Assembly (NCBI RefSeq): GCF_964355755.1
Contig: NC_092670.1
Span: 37,746,388 to 37,810,387 of the forward strand
Source of the DNA: Antedon mediterranea
Taxonomy: Eukaryota > Animalia > Echinodermata
Length of the DNA: 64,000 bases
Direction of reading: 5' to 3'
Of the stretch, positions 12,201-23,635 are shown one piece after another; the stretch's first letter is position 1; each line of letters starts with the position of its first letter. Position numbers and translations under genes: made by a program. The notes beneath the pieces were generated by a model, which worked only from the letters and a program-made list of their open reading frames with translations, did no database searches and was not told where the DNA came from.

Positions 12201-15200
12201 GCTTTGCTCCCTGGCTTGCTCCCTTCCTGGATACACTCCCCCTTGCTCCCATCCTGGGAACACACCCCTTTTGCCCTTTTTGGATTCACCCTGGCTTTGA
12301 TCCCTTCCTGGACACACCCCCTTGCTCCCTTCTTGGATACAATCCCCCTTGCTCCCATCCTGGGAACACACCCCTTTTGTCCTTTTTGGATTCACCCTGG
12401 CTTTGCTCCCTGGCTTGCTCCCTTCCTGGATACACTCCCCCTTGCTCCCATCCTGGATACAATCCCCCTTGCTCCCTTCCTGGATACACTCCCCCTTGCT
12501 CCCATCCTGGGAACACACCCCTTTTGTCCTTTTTGGATTCACCCTGGCTTTGCTCCCTGGCTTGCTCCCTTCCTGGATACACTCCCCCTTGCTCCCATCC
12601 TGGATACACTCCCCCTTGCTCCCTTCCTGGATACACTCCCCCTTGCTCCCTTCCTGGATACACTCCCCCTTGCTCCCTTCCTGGATACACTCCCCCTTGC
12701 TCCCTTCCTGGATACACTCCCCCTTGCTCCCTTCCTGGATACACTCCCCCTTGCTCCCTTCCTGGATACACTCCCCCTTGCTCCCATCCTGGATACACTC
12801 CCCCTTGCTCCCTTCCTGGATACACTCCCCCTTGCTCCCTTCCTGGATACACTCCCCCTTGCTCCCATCCTGGATACACTCCCCCTTGCTCCCTTCCTGG
12901 ATACACTCCCCCTTGCTCCCTTCCTGGATACACTCCCCCTTGCTCCCTTCCTGGATACACTCCCCCTTGCTCCCATCCTGGATACACTCCCCCTTGCTCC
13001 CTTCCTGGATACACTCCCCCTTGCTCCCTTCCTGGATACACTCCCCCTTGCTCCCATCCTGGATACACTCCCCCTTGCTCCCTTCCTGGATACACTCCCC
13101 CTTGCTCCCATCCTGGATACACTCCCCCTTGCTCCCTTCCTGGATACACTCCCCCTTGCTCCCATCCTGGATACACTCCCCCTTGCTCCCTTCCTGGATA
13201 CACTCCCCCTTGCTCCCATCCTGGATACACTCCCCCTTGCTCCCTTCCTGGATACACTCCCCCTTGCTCCCATCCTGGATACACTCCCCCTTGCTCCCTT
13301 CCTGGATACACTCCCCCTTGCTCCCATCCTGGATACACTCCCCCTTGCTCCCTTCCTGGATACACTCCCCCTTGCTCCCATCCTGGATACACTCCCCCTT
13401 GCTCCCTTCCTGGATACACTCCCCCTTGCTCCCTTCCTGGATACACTCCCCCTTGCTCCCATCCTGGATACACTCCCCCTTGCTCCCTTCCTGGATACAC
13501 TCCCCCTTGCTCCCTTCCTGGATACACTCCCCCTTGCTCCCTTCCTGGATACACTCCCCCTTGCTCCCATCCTGGATACACTCCCCCTTGCTCCCTTCCT
13601 GGATACACTCCCCCTTGCTCCCTTCCTGGATACACTCCCCCTTGCTCCCTTCCTGGATACACTCCCCCTTGCTCCCTTCCTGGATACACTCCCCCTTGCT
13701 CCCTTCCTGGATACACTCCCCCTTGCTCCCTTCCTGGATACACTCCCCCTTGCTCCCATCCTGGGGCACACACTCCTTGAGCCCTTTTTTTAGATTCACC
13801 CTGGCTTTGCTCCCTTCCCTTGCTCTATTTTTGGACACACACCCCTTGCTCTATTTTTGGACACACACCCCTTGCTCTATTTTTGGACACACACCCCTTG
13901 CTCTATTTTTGGACACACACCCCTTGCTCTATTTTTGGACACACACCCCTTGCTCTATTTTTGGACACACACCCCTTGCTCCCGTCCTGGGGGCACACAC
14001 TCCTGGTGCCCTTCCTGAACACACCCCCTTTGCTCCCTTCCTCCTGGATACATTTCTACTTGTTCCCTTCCTGGACAACACCCCTAATCCTATTCTGGAA
14101 TTAAACAGTGCACAGTATTACCGAGTATTGAACTGAAGCATGGTGAAGAGTTGCTGCTTGCTTCTGGAGAGTCTGCCTCAGATAGCTCTCATCTTTAATA
14201 GCGTACATACTGAATTAAAAAAAAGATATGTGGTTAAAATAGGTACCAGTGACATAAAACACAGAGGCCCGAGGCCCCCTGGTTTAGGAACCCTAAGTGG
14301 CCCTCCAACGCTGGAGGCCTTGGGCGTTTTTAGCCCCTTTCGACATATTTTAATGTCATTTTTCCTCTGGGCACTGGGCCCCATAAGCTCCGGGGTTCAG
14401 CCAGTGAGCGCTCATAGCCGTTACAACACTGACATGTAGGGCATTATAATAAAAGACGTAATTGTGCAACTTTAATATCTAATATGACTGCATATATAAT
14501 GTTACTACTGAAATAAAAACATGAAGTTGAATAAAAACACTAAAATCGCTAATTATTATATTATTACCTACATATTCATCTGATATTTATTAGGTATCCC
14601 AATGAAAAAATTCAGATTAATTTTTTTACATTTTCTTTCAGTTAACCATAAAGAACTTAATGTAATTAGCATTTTGCGATTTAAATGATTGAAATCCGAT
14701 TACCCGTTCTAAAGTTATGGTTATTTAAAGTGGTAAAAAAATATACGATTTTTTGCCTAAAAATGGTGTTTTTTGCAGTTGAAATTGGAAGCATTTTTAA
14801 AAGGTTATAACTTTTACAATAATTAGTTAAAAGTTTTGAATTTTGTTAAACCTATAGATATCACAGAGTTGTACAACTCTATTTTTTTTGGAGCCTCAAC
14901 GAAACCTATTTTTTAAATTATTGGTCCGCAAAGTGGTAGGAAAGCATTTAACGCCCATTTTTGCTGGAATTCCCTAAAAAATGAAAAAACTGCAATTTTT
15001 CAATGATCTGTAACTTTTGAACTACTGTACTAATTCATTTAATTTTTTTTGTACTTGTTAGAATGTAGTGTATATTTCATTAATAAATATATTTTAGATG
15101 TGTATATGAAAAAAAAAAAATTTTTTAATGGTGAAATTTAAAATTATAAAAAGAAAAAATGAAAAAGTATGTTAAAAACGGTGTGTACTGTTTCCTTTCT

Positions 15201-18200
15201 TTTACACTAATTTTCGGTAAGTACAATTATTAGAATATTTTAATATACTTTATATTTATAATTTCAATCATAAATACTATTATATATAACTTTTGAATAC
15301 GTAAAACAAGATTTTAGGCCCATATGATTATGACACCAAATCTAAGCCGGGCTGCTAAGTAAGATATGCTCTTTGGCAAACGCACAATATGGGTCAAAAT
15401 AAACTCATTTAAAATAATCAATGTTAATTAAAACAATTAATTGTTTACCTGAATAGTATATATAACATTATAAAAATTGTTTTCTTTTCGTATTATTACG
15501 TTATTAAATTGAAATACGGAGCTAAAGTTTAGGCCAAGTCACGGCTTACTCGCGATCAGTAGTCGCTCCGTTAAAGTATTTCGGTCGCAGTTAATGACTT
15601 TCGGCCGCCGTATACAGAGTCAAATGTAACGTTGGTAAATTAGGTTAATAAATTTCCTCGGTACATTTTAACCTAACGCATTTGCATTGTATACTTGCAT
15701 AATAAATCTTCCGCACATTACATCAATTTTAAGTTGTTAAATTAATGTGTAAAACCAGATATTCTACGACGGAAAAGGACATGTCAATCTCCGACATCGC
15801 TGCTGTCACACATCTCGCGTCGAGCCGGTCGAACTCGAGCGAGGAAAACTAAACAACGTGTTCAAAATATGGAACGTACCATTCGCTGATAGGGTGCATT
15901 AATGTATTTAACGGAAAACGCCACAACAAACACGCGCGTATTTTAGAGTACAATATTTTACTCACTACAATATTCACCGGATTATAATGGTTGGATCTTT
16001 AAAATTTTGAACGGGATTTACGCCTCATGCACCATTTTAAAATGTAGTTCGCTCAATTACCATGCACAATACGTTTGTAAACTATGTTTTATCGATTTCA
16101 ATGTAGATTTAGCTATAATTTAATACCAAAATCCATAATATTTTTCCATAAACGGTGAATCAAAATTGGATTTTTGTCACAAAAATTGACTTTTCGTTAC
16201 GAAAAACCTATTTATAGAAGACGATTTTCGTATCAAATTAAAGCTTATTTAAAGCCTGATAACATACAACAAAAATTAATCCGCTAGCTCCAATGGTAAT
16301 CGTGCGATCGTGTTTTGAAAACTGATGGGGATTTTCCGATGAGGTTTTCAACGCGCGGAAATCGGCTCGACGGGATTTTAGAACCGTTTTAAAATCGCAT
16401 TTTCTCGGCAACTAATTCATTAATTTTAATTATAAACACACTTATACATAGATTAAAACAAGTACTTTCAAACAATATAAATTTTGTAAGTATTAATTAA
16501 GATTGAATACGATTTATTTAACATCAAAGTCATACTACTTTTTCGAATTTCGTCAATATTTCAAAAGTGATACCCCTCTGTGCGCTTTCATTGGGATACC
16601 TATATTTATTTGGTCACACCGTTTATTTTTCATAATTAAAAAAAAAAACCTATCTATAACATTTCTGTAAAAAAATATGTTTCTAGATAATTTTTTTTTT
16701 TTAATAATGAAAAATAGCTTGGTTATTATTGGAATGTATGATCAATAGAAATGTGTTGATTCCATGTACCTGGCCTTTTATATCTGAAAGGTCTACATAG
16801 AGGGAGATAATTATTATTTGTTGTTTTTATTATTACTAAATTCAAAGTATTGATTTACAGAAGTAACAGTGTTAATTGTTAATTGTTTGACCAATCATCG
16901 TTATTAAGTTAAGCCTCGTCTTCATCAAACTGAACAAGCCCATATATGGACATGATGATGTCATATCACTACCATATTTGGGCATATCACTACCATATTT
17001 GGGCATATCACTACTATATTTTTGTTATCAAAGTAGTTTGATAGTGTAGACAGACCTTTAAACCTTACAAACCTTTTCTGTAAAATTGTAAATTTTTTCT
17101 CCCAGCTTTTAATAGACCTTGATAGTTCTCGCTGTAGCCTGTAAAAAAATAAAATCCGCTTTATGCCAGTAATAGTAATAATAATAGTTTAAAGCACCTT
17201 GATTGGTCCTAACATTGATCAAGGGCTTCTCTCGTCCAGTGTCCACCTTGACCAGAGGAAAGGCATGAGCCAATACGTCTGAGCCAGATACTAGATGCAG
17301 GGGCTGCCATAAGAGTCAGCAATGCTGATTTCAAATGGCTAACGGGACCCCAGCTCCATATACAACAAACACTATTTCATTTCTTTTGTACCTATTTACT
17401 TGTGTTGATTCACCATGCTTTCACCATTAAACATTTTCATTACTAATTACATTACCTGTCAATTTTATCTAATGGCTAGGTATTTTGTTGCGTTCCGCTT
17501 CCTGGGTGATAATTATTGAATTATTATCTATAATGATATCTTGAAAGAATTTCATTTAGCTTCGATTTTGTATAGATGACAAATTTCGTTTTTGTAAAAG
17601 CACAAGTTAACGGAGTACTTACTCGAACGTTTCGATCTCTATCAGAGATCCTTCTCAACTGACTGCGGAGTGTTAATGCAGCTTGGTCATTCTTGACGTC
17701 ATCTGTTGATGACGTTGTACGCCTCCGGTTGTAGGTTGGAGGTTGCAACTGTCCACAAGTTTACATTGGGGAAACAGGGAGGGCATTACAAACACGAATT
17801 AATGATCACAAAAAAGATGTTACAACAAACACGGGGGGAGTAATGACTAGGGCCTCCAGAACATCCACATCTTCGATCATACACAAATCTGCCATTACAG
17901 AACATGTCATAAAACACAATCATGTACCGAACTGGGAGGCTACCATCTTAACCAAAGAGCCTAAACGCAAAGACAGACAGATTAGAGAATCATTACATAT
18001 AAGGAGAAATAAAGAGAAGACCATGAACCGGGACACTGGAGCCCACGAACTCTCGCATTTGTACAATGATTTGATAGACACATCACCTGGCCGAGCCCCG
18101 CACAACCTCCAACCTACAACCGGAGGCGTACAACGTCATCAACAGATGACGTCAAGAATGACCAAGCTGCATTAACACTCCGCAGTCAGTTGAGAAGGAT

Positions 18201-21200
18201 CTCTGATAGAGATCGAAACGTTCGAGTAAGTACTCCGTTAACTTGTGCTTTTACAAAAACGAAATTTGTCATCTATATAATGATATCATTCATAAGTTAC
18301 TAGAAAATATTATGAATCAATCAATATTATTACCGTCCAATTTCATTCTCATGAAATTTTTTCAATCTTTTAAGTTTGCTAATTTCATCCGTGGATTCTT
18401 GTGTACTTTTTGTCTGTTCTACTTCCTATAAGAAAATGATACAATTCATTTTCACTCTCTTAATGGTAATGGATTAGGACTAGGTTGACGGGGGCTTTGG
18501 TTCAGACCTGTCTGTGTCCTTTAATGGTAATGGATTGGGACTAGGTTGACAGAGGCTTTGGTTCAGACCTGTCTGTGTCCTTCGGCAAGATACTCTCATT
18601 TCCTTCGGATCCAGGAACATACATCTCACGTGCACACCATTTAGAAAAAGTAGAGGATCATCTAGTCTCCCGGTGTGCTGGTCATGATTCTATTGGGCCC
18701 TCTGGGAGAACATTAAAGAGGTCACCCAATAAAAAAATAATCTTTAGGCAAGCTAAACAAGATACCTTTTGGATAAGTATTTCCGATGTTTTTCTGTGGG
18801 CCGATTTGAGCCTGTTCTTTTCTTCTTCCAATTTCTGTTGTTCGTTCGCATGTTTCCGTGCCAATTGTAATAGCTGTCGGTTTACAAAATAATACAGTTT
18901 ACAAGAAAAATAAACCTGCATTACAATATTAAAGATGTATTGTCCCTTTGACTAATTCCAAAAAAAAAAAAGATTTAAAAAAAAAGTGTCATTTTGAAGT
19001 ATCATAATAGCTATTAACTTTCACTAAAAATTTGTCGAAAAAAAAAATCATTTAACTGAAATACGTTTTTTGGATCAAAACATATCTCATAATGCAACGT
19101 GCTTGTTTGGCTACTCTGTATGCATAATCATAAAACTTCCTCGCGATCTGTGTGAAAACACCTTCTCAACCGTGGCGTGCTGTAAACAATCCTAATTAGC
19201 ATTGCGCATAATGAATACTCATGGATTGAAATCTTTGTTTACGTTTGCTAGCGACGATTTTCCACAAGAAATGTAATAAAATTAATTTACCTGTTAATTA
19301 CGTAAACTTGTTTTTGGCTCGAATTTTCGACTTAAAGTGAATAACTTTAATATTCCTTTGATATGGCCAATTTAAATTTAGAATATGTTGACCTTCATTT
19401 TTTGTGTTTCAAGGGACAATACATCTTTAATAAAGGATATAATGTTTCTTCTGAAATAAAATGTTATTACCATTGTGTTATATTCTTTACATTATTATCA
19501 ATTGTTAAAAATGTTATTGATAAAATTCTTTACATTTTTATTGCTAACATTGTTATTCTTTTGCTAAAATTCCTGAATGGAACCAGTAAGACCGGAACAT
19601 TAGAACTGCACCAAATATTGCCACTTTTAAAGACCAACTGAACACTATTGACATCGAAAGTAATTTCTCAAAAGCACACTTTGCTATAAATTAATATTTT
19701 TGCATATGACTCTAACCAACGTACGCAATAACCAGAGATGGTGTTTGTATGTTACGGATACAGATTACGTTATCCTTATGTTAACATTATAATTGATTGA
19801 CATTATTATTGTTAACATTGTTATTGTTAACATTCTTTACATCTTCTTTATTACATTATCTTTATTATTGATTGTTAATGTTTTCTTAATGCATACCTCA
19901 TCTCGTCCAGATTGCATCTTTTCTTGAAGTTCTTTCTCTAAATTTTGCCTCTGTTTTTCTGCCTAGTAAAATAATAGATCAAACAGGCATGAGATTGATA
20001 TCACAGAAAATGCAGAGAACCACAGACTGCAGAGAACAGGCTTTTGCCAGATGCGTTGTATGTTATTTATACATCTGACAGATTTTTATATCTATTGTGT
20101 TTAAAATATTTTAAAGTATTTCAGCTCTTTGAAAGGGGTTTCAGAGATAATAAGTGAGATCAGTGTGACGTAACCTTTCCATCAGAGAGCTATAAGCTTA
20201 TAGGCTATGCCTCTATCCCAGAACTTGGCATTTTGGTTCTGCCGGACACAAGTAAAACAAGCCTGAGGCTAACATAGATTCTTACATTTTTTTTTAGATA
20301 TGATAACTCAGCATTTGCGGAAGACTTTGCTTGTTCCAACTCCGCAGATAACTGTTCCACTTTTACTCGTTCTTTTTCCAATGCCCTCGATAGATTATCA
20401 ATCTCTTTATCTGATTAAAAATAACAGAAATATTTTATACTACCTTATGGCAGAACAAACAACTATAACAACATACAGAATTCTGAATACTAAAGAAAAT
20501 TACTTTGTTCATCTGAGTTTTCATCTTTGGTATCAAGAGCATTTTCAAGATTCAGTATTTTTTTGCGGAGTTTTGCGTTATCTTCTTTCAGACCTTCAAC
20601 CTCGTAAACAGCAGCAGGAGTCACGACCTCTGGTCTCTGAGAATCCTACAATGACAACCATTACAACACACATGAATTAAACATATCAAATATCTAATCT
20701 CTAAAATTGAAACATTGAAGAGCTAAAATTGAAACACCTGATACCATCAGCAGTGGCATAACAGCTATGAGCGCTCACTGGCTAAACCCAGGGGCCCGGA
20801 AGCTTATAGGGGCCCCTGAGTAATGCCCGGAGGAAAAAAACAGGCAATAAAATATGTTGAAAAAGGTTAAAAATGTGCTAGGCCTCCAGCGTTGGAGATC
20901 CACTTAGGGTTCCTAAACCAGGGCCTCAGGCCTCTGCATTACTCTTCTGACCATCAGATCATCTCTACACAGGTGGAGCCTTACCTCAGAAGCTTGTTGG
21001 AGCTGCATCTTCAGCATGTCAATCACTCCTTCCTGTTGGATTATTTGATACTGTAATTGTTTGTATTCCTCTTCGATCTTATTGGCCTTTGACACCTGAC
21101 TGCTGGCAGCCTGCTCCATTTTTAATCCATAGTGTTTCTAAATAAAATAACAAATGTATTTACTACAGCGAAATTCCGGTTCCCATTGACTGGAGAAGAC

Positions 21201-22879
21201 ACCTGCAGGCATAATACTACTATACCTTACAGATCAACAAAAGAAGAACTAAGTTTTAAAATATACTATTATTCAATTGGATTTTATTGCAAGAATGTTG
21301 TATTTCTTCACTGCATTGTAAAGATTGTGCCTTGAATCTCCACACATAACACAACTTGTCAAGTAAGATATGCTAACTTTAAGTGCTTTTTTATTAAGAT
21401 ATGTGAAACACTAAATGAAACAGTATTTTTAATTAAAATTAAATTCATCCACATCATGGCAGATTCCATGGTGTGAATGTGACGTGCAGGGAGAATAAAT
21501 TAGTCCTAACTTATTTTTTCATGATTATACTATTTGATTATGTTTATGGAAATCTAAAATAGACTTATTTTATTGTCTTGGTAAAAATTAATATAATACT
21601 GTACCTTCCACTCATTGTTAATTTTAACGATAGCATTTAGAAGTTGTTGCTTGAAACTTCTTCGAATAATTGCCAGTCTCTGTTTCAAAGAAAAATACAT
21701 TTAATGTTAATTAAATAAGTTTAGTTTTATTTTATTTCCATAAACAAACATGTAAACAAAAACATAGGTCCATCAACATAATTAGCAATAATAAACAAAT
21801 AAATAAAATATTCACAAAAATTATTTATTATAAGCTGTCACCAACCATTTCTACTGCTCTTTTGTGCCAGCTCATACAAAAGCAAAACATCGCCATTTTC
21901 AGGATGGATAAACTATATTATAATTTATTGTTCTTATAAACTAAGTCTCATTTGAGGCTTAGGGAGTGGAGTTGAAAGAGTTGTGAGTTACAACCCTGGT
22001 TCTACTGTAGGTCAAGATTGAACCCCGGACCTTGGGATTGAAAGGCAAGAGAACGTTAACCACTAATTTACCTCATCTTGATTTTTCTCCAGTTCAGTTA
22101 CTCGGTCATTGACTCTACAATATAACTCTAGTGTCTTTTCTTGAAGTCTGCTCTCATAATCAGCTTGCATCACATGCTTGGTTAAATTCAGGTCTCTCTT
22201 CAACGATCCTGCATCCTGGATAAAACAAACAACAAAGTTATATCATATGACTCCGTACATGACAGGTGAGATAATTATAAAACATATTTATATCTAGCAT
22301 TATTATAATCAACTATATACTGTAGTACAGGAAATGAAAAAGCTCTGAAAAGAGTTCAGCATGAGAGGAAAATGTCTTACTTCGACCAGTTGTTGAATCA
22401 CTGACGTCATTTCTTTAAGTGCAACGATTTCAGAATCTGATGTTTGTGTTGCTCGATCCTGACGAAAAAATCCAACCTTTTGCTGGTCCGCAATTGATGG
22501 CCTATTTTATTTAATGGTTTTTTAATGCAATTGAGAAGAATATAATTATTAATTATTAATATTAGCCAATTTAATCATTAAATAGTTATTTATTAAATAT
22601 TGGTGATGATTTATCTTCAGAAAAAATAACTGTGAAGTGAAATATGTAGGCCCTTCCAGGCCTACCCTAGCTAGATAGGCTATCGTTCTAGAGTAGTACA
22701 GGCTCTCTCTCTAGTCTTACTAATACTACTAGGCCTAGGCCTATATTTAGGCCTAGGCCTAGGGCCCAGGCCTAGTAGGCCTAGTCTTTAAATGAATGAT
22801 TTAACTACCTCACATCATCTAAATAATCTTCTTCGTTATCATCGCTTGATGATGATAAAACAATTCGTGCATCGGCCAT
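6291..22879 (-). CDS. C10orf67: C10orf67-like coiled-coil protein (DUF4709/DUF4724), 16 coding exons
   Basis: Phase-consistent exons: 22879-22809, 22501-22381, 22215-22072, 21679-21605, 21137-20985, 20645-20504, 20410-20286, 19962-19897, 18873-18766, 18425-18334, 17138-17073, 14209-14122, 11414-11337, 10988-10886, 10370-10289, 6339-6291. The peptides PSIADQQKVGFFRQDRATQTSDSEI, RVNDRVTELEK..IIRRSFKQQL and WEKKFTILQKSMYAIKDESYLRQTL match recalled C10orf67 motifs. The last exon is less certain. Confidence 0.8.
6542..6920. repeat. 38-bp minisatellite, about 10 units
   Basis: Same unit as 2262-2476. Confidence 0.95.
7472..7745. mobile_element. Family A MITE nested in another family A copy
   Basis: Left TIRs near 7473 and 7565, each preceded by TTAA. 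Confidence 0.75.
8590..9870 (-). mobile_element. 5'-truncated, frameshifted CR1/L2-group non-LTR retrotransposon (RT C-terminal part and 3' tail)
   Basis: FIDLSKAFDTIDH, YGIRG, GVPQGSLLGPLLF, YADDT, KFLGV and LFNDLP are spread over ORFs 9637-9900, 9176-9697 and 8780-8980. Confidence 0.9.
11815..14100. repeat. C-rich composite minisatellite (27-bp core, higher-order units on the left, 26-bp units on the right), intronic
   Basis: Core cttgctcccWtcctggatacactcccc at about 12560-13760. Unit cccttgctctatttttggacacacac at about 13817-13975. Confidence 0.95.
14247..14431. mobile_element. hAT-like MITE, reverse orientation
   Basis: Degenerate CAGTG...CACTG ends and the shared core gggccacttagggttcctaaacc on the minus strand. 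Confidence 0.65.
14592..16601. mobile_element. 2.0-kb non-autonomous DNA transposon with 16-bp TIR and 9-bp TSD
   Basis: AGGTATCCCAATGAAA...TTTCATTGGGATACCT, with ATATTTATT at 14583-14591 and 16602-16610. No ORF of 60 aa or more inside. Confidence 0.8.
17189..17358 (-). mobile_element. Headless copy of the 5S-SINE body
   Basis: Aligns by eye with 57876-58035. Confidence 0.7.
17541..18277 (+). mobile_element. 5'-truncated Penelope-like retroelement (GIY-YIG endonuclease end) with inverted terminal repeat
   Basis: The frame from 17747 reads CPQVYIGETGRALQTRINDH...SAITEH...RQIRESLHI...MNRDTG. Perfect 175-bp inverted repeat at 17571-17745 / 18103-18277. Candidate TSD TATAATGATATC. Confidence 0.9.
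18185..18230 (+). ncRNA. Minimal hammerhead-ribozyme-like motif of the Penelope repeat (non-canonical core)
   Basis: TTGAGAA-G-GATCTCT-gat-AGAGATC-GAAACGTT. A mirror copy lies on the minus strand at about 17620-17665. Confidence 0.5.
18458..18740 (+). mobile_element. tRNA-derived SINE with a tandemly duplicated ~60-bp head
   Basis: taatggtaatgg...ggttcagacc occurs twice, followed by CORE-like tgtgtccttcggcaagatact and the tail gggccctctgggaga shared with 30261 and 25675 (-). Confidence 0.55.
18933..19426. mobile_element. Kolobok-like MITE (TTAA TSD)
   Basis: TTAA-AGATGTATTGTCCCTT...AAGGGACAATACATCT-TTAA. Confidence 0.8.
20751..20949. mobile_element. hAT-like MITE with 8-bp TSD
   Basis: CAGTGGCATAAC left end. 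ACCATCAG flanks both sides (20743-20750 and 20950-20957). Confidence 0.8.
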
Positions 22880-23351
22880 ATCGAATTTAATGTTTCTCTT
22901 CTTGATCTTCCAGACTTTTAACTTGTTTGTCAAACTTTTTCACATACGAATTAAAGGATATAATTTTGTGTATTGCTACTAAGTTACGAGTTGCCACGAT
23001 GTTTGCAGGAAATGCCGCCCAATTATTATCGATTAGTATACTGAAATTTATTTACAAATTTCATTTGATTTAATGATATTCTGATACTAAATAATTTTGA
23101 TTATTGTATTTTCATTTTTTTAAATTTTCAATCCAATTTATATTCATAATGATTAAATTTATTTGATTAACAAAATGTATAAAGTGATGACACAAGCGGC
23201 GTTCCATAACTGAAAGGACTCGCTCGAGTTCGTTTACAGCTGCAGTAGTAGCATTGTTCTCTCATTTTCACTTTCTTTTAAGTTTTTAGGCCTAGGCTAG
23301 ACCTAAGTGCAACTTTTTCGGTATTCATGAACTGAAGTAAAACAAGAAAAG
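22880..23351. promoter_or_regulatory. Bidirectional promoter region for C10orf67/KDM1B, including a probable KDM1B 5'UTR exon (donor after 23351)
   Basis: Divergent ATGs about 750 bp apart. Donor AAG|GTAAAT at 23351 pairs with an acceptor at 23633. Confidence 0.6.
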
Positions 23352-23635
23352 GTAAATACAAATAATATAGATTTGTTTTAATGATTTAATTATTTAAATG
23401 ATTGTAATTAACTAACCTAGAGTAGTAAGTAGGCTAGGCCACCTCTGCTGGACTGCCTTTCCTTCTTCGGGGTGAAGAAGAGACGTTCGGCTTCCAGCCT
23501 ATCCGGCCTAGCCATTAATTTAACTTGTTTTTTTGTTTGTTTTTTACATTAGGCCTATAAACTATAATCAAATTCCTAGTTTAAGGCCTACGTAGACTAC
23601 AATTTGCCTTTCCTTTTACTTTGTTTTTGAAAGAA

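Noticed and set aside
11846-14136. Long ORFs (410-656 aa) in all six frames
   Set aside because: They are by-products of a stop-free 27-bp repeat. The flanking C10orf67 exons splice around it in phase, and read-through from exon 14122 stops within a few codons.
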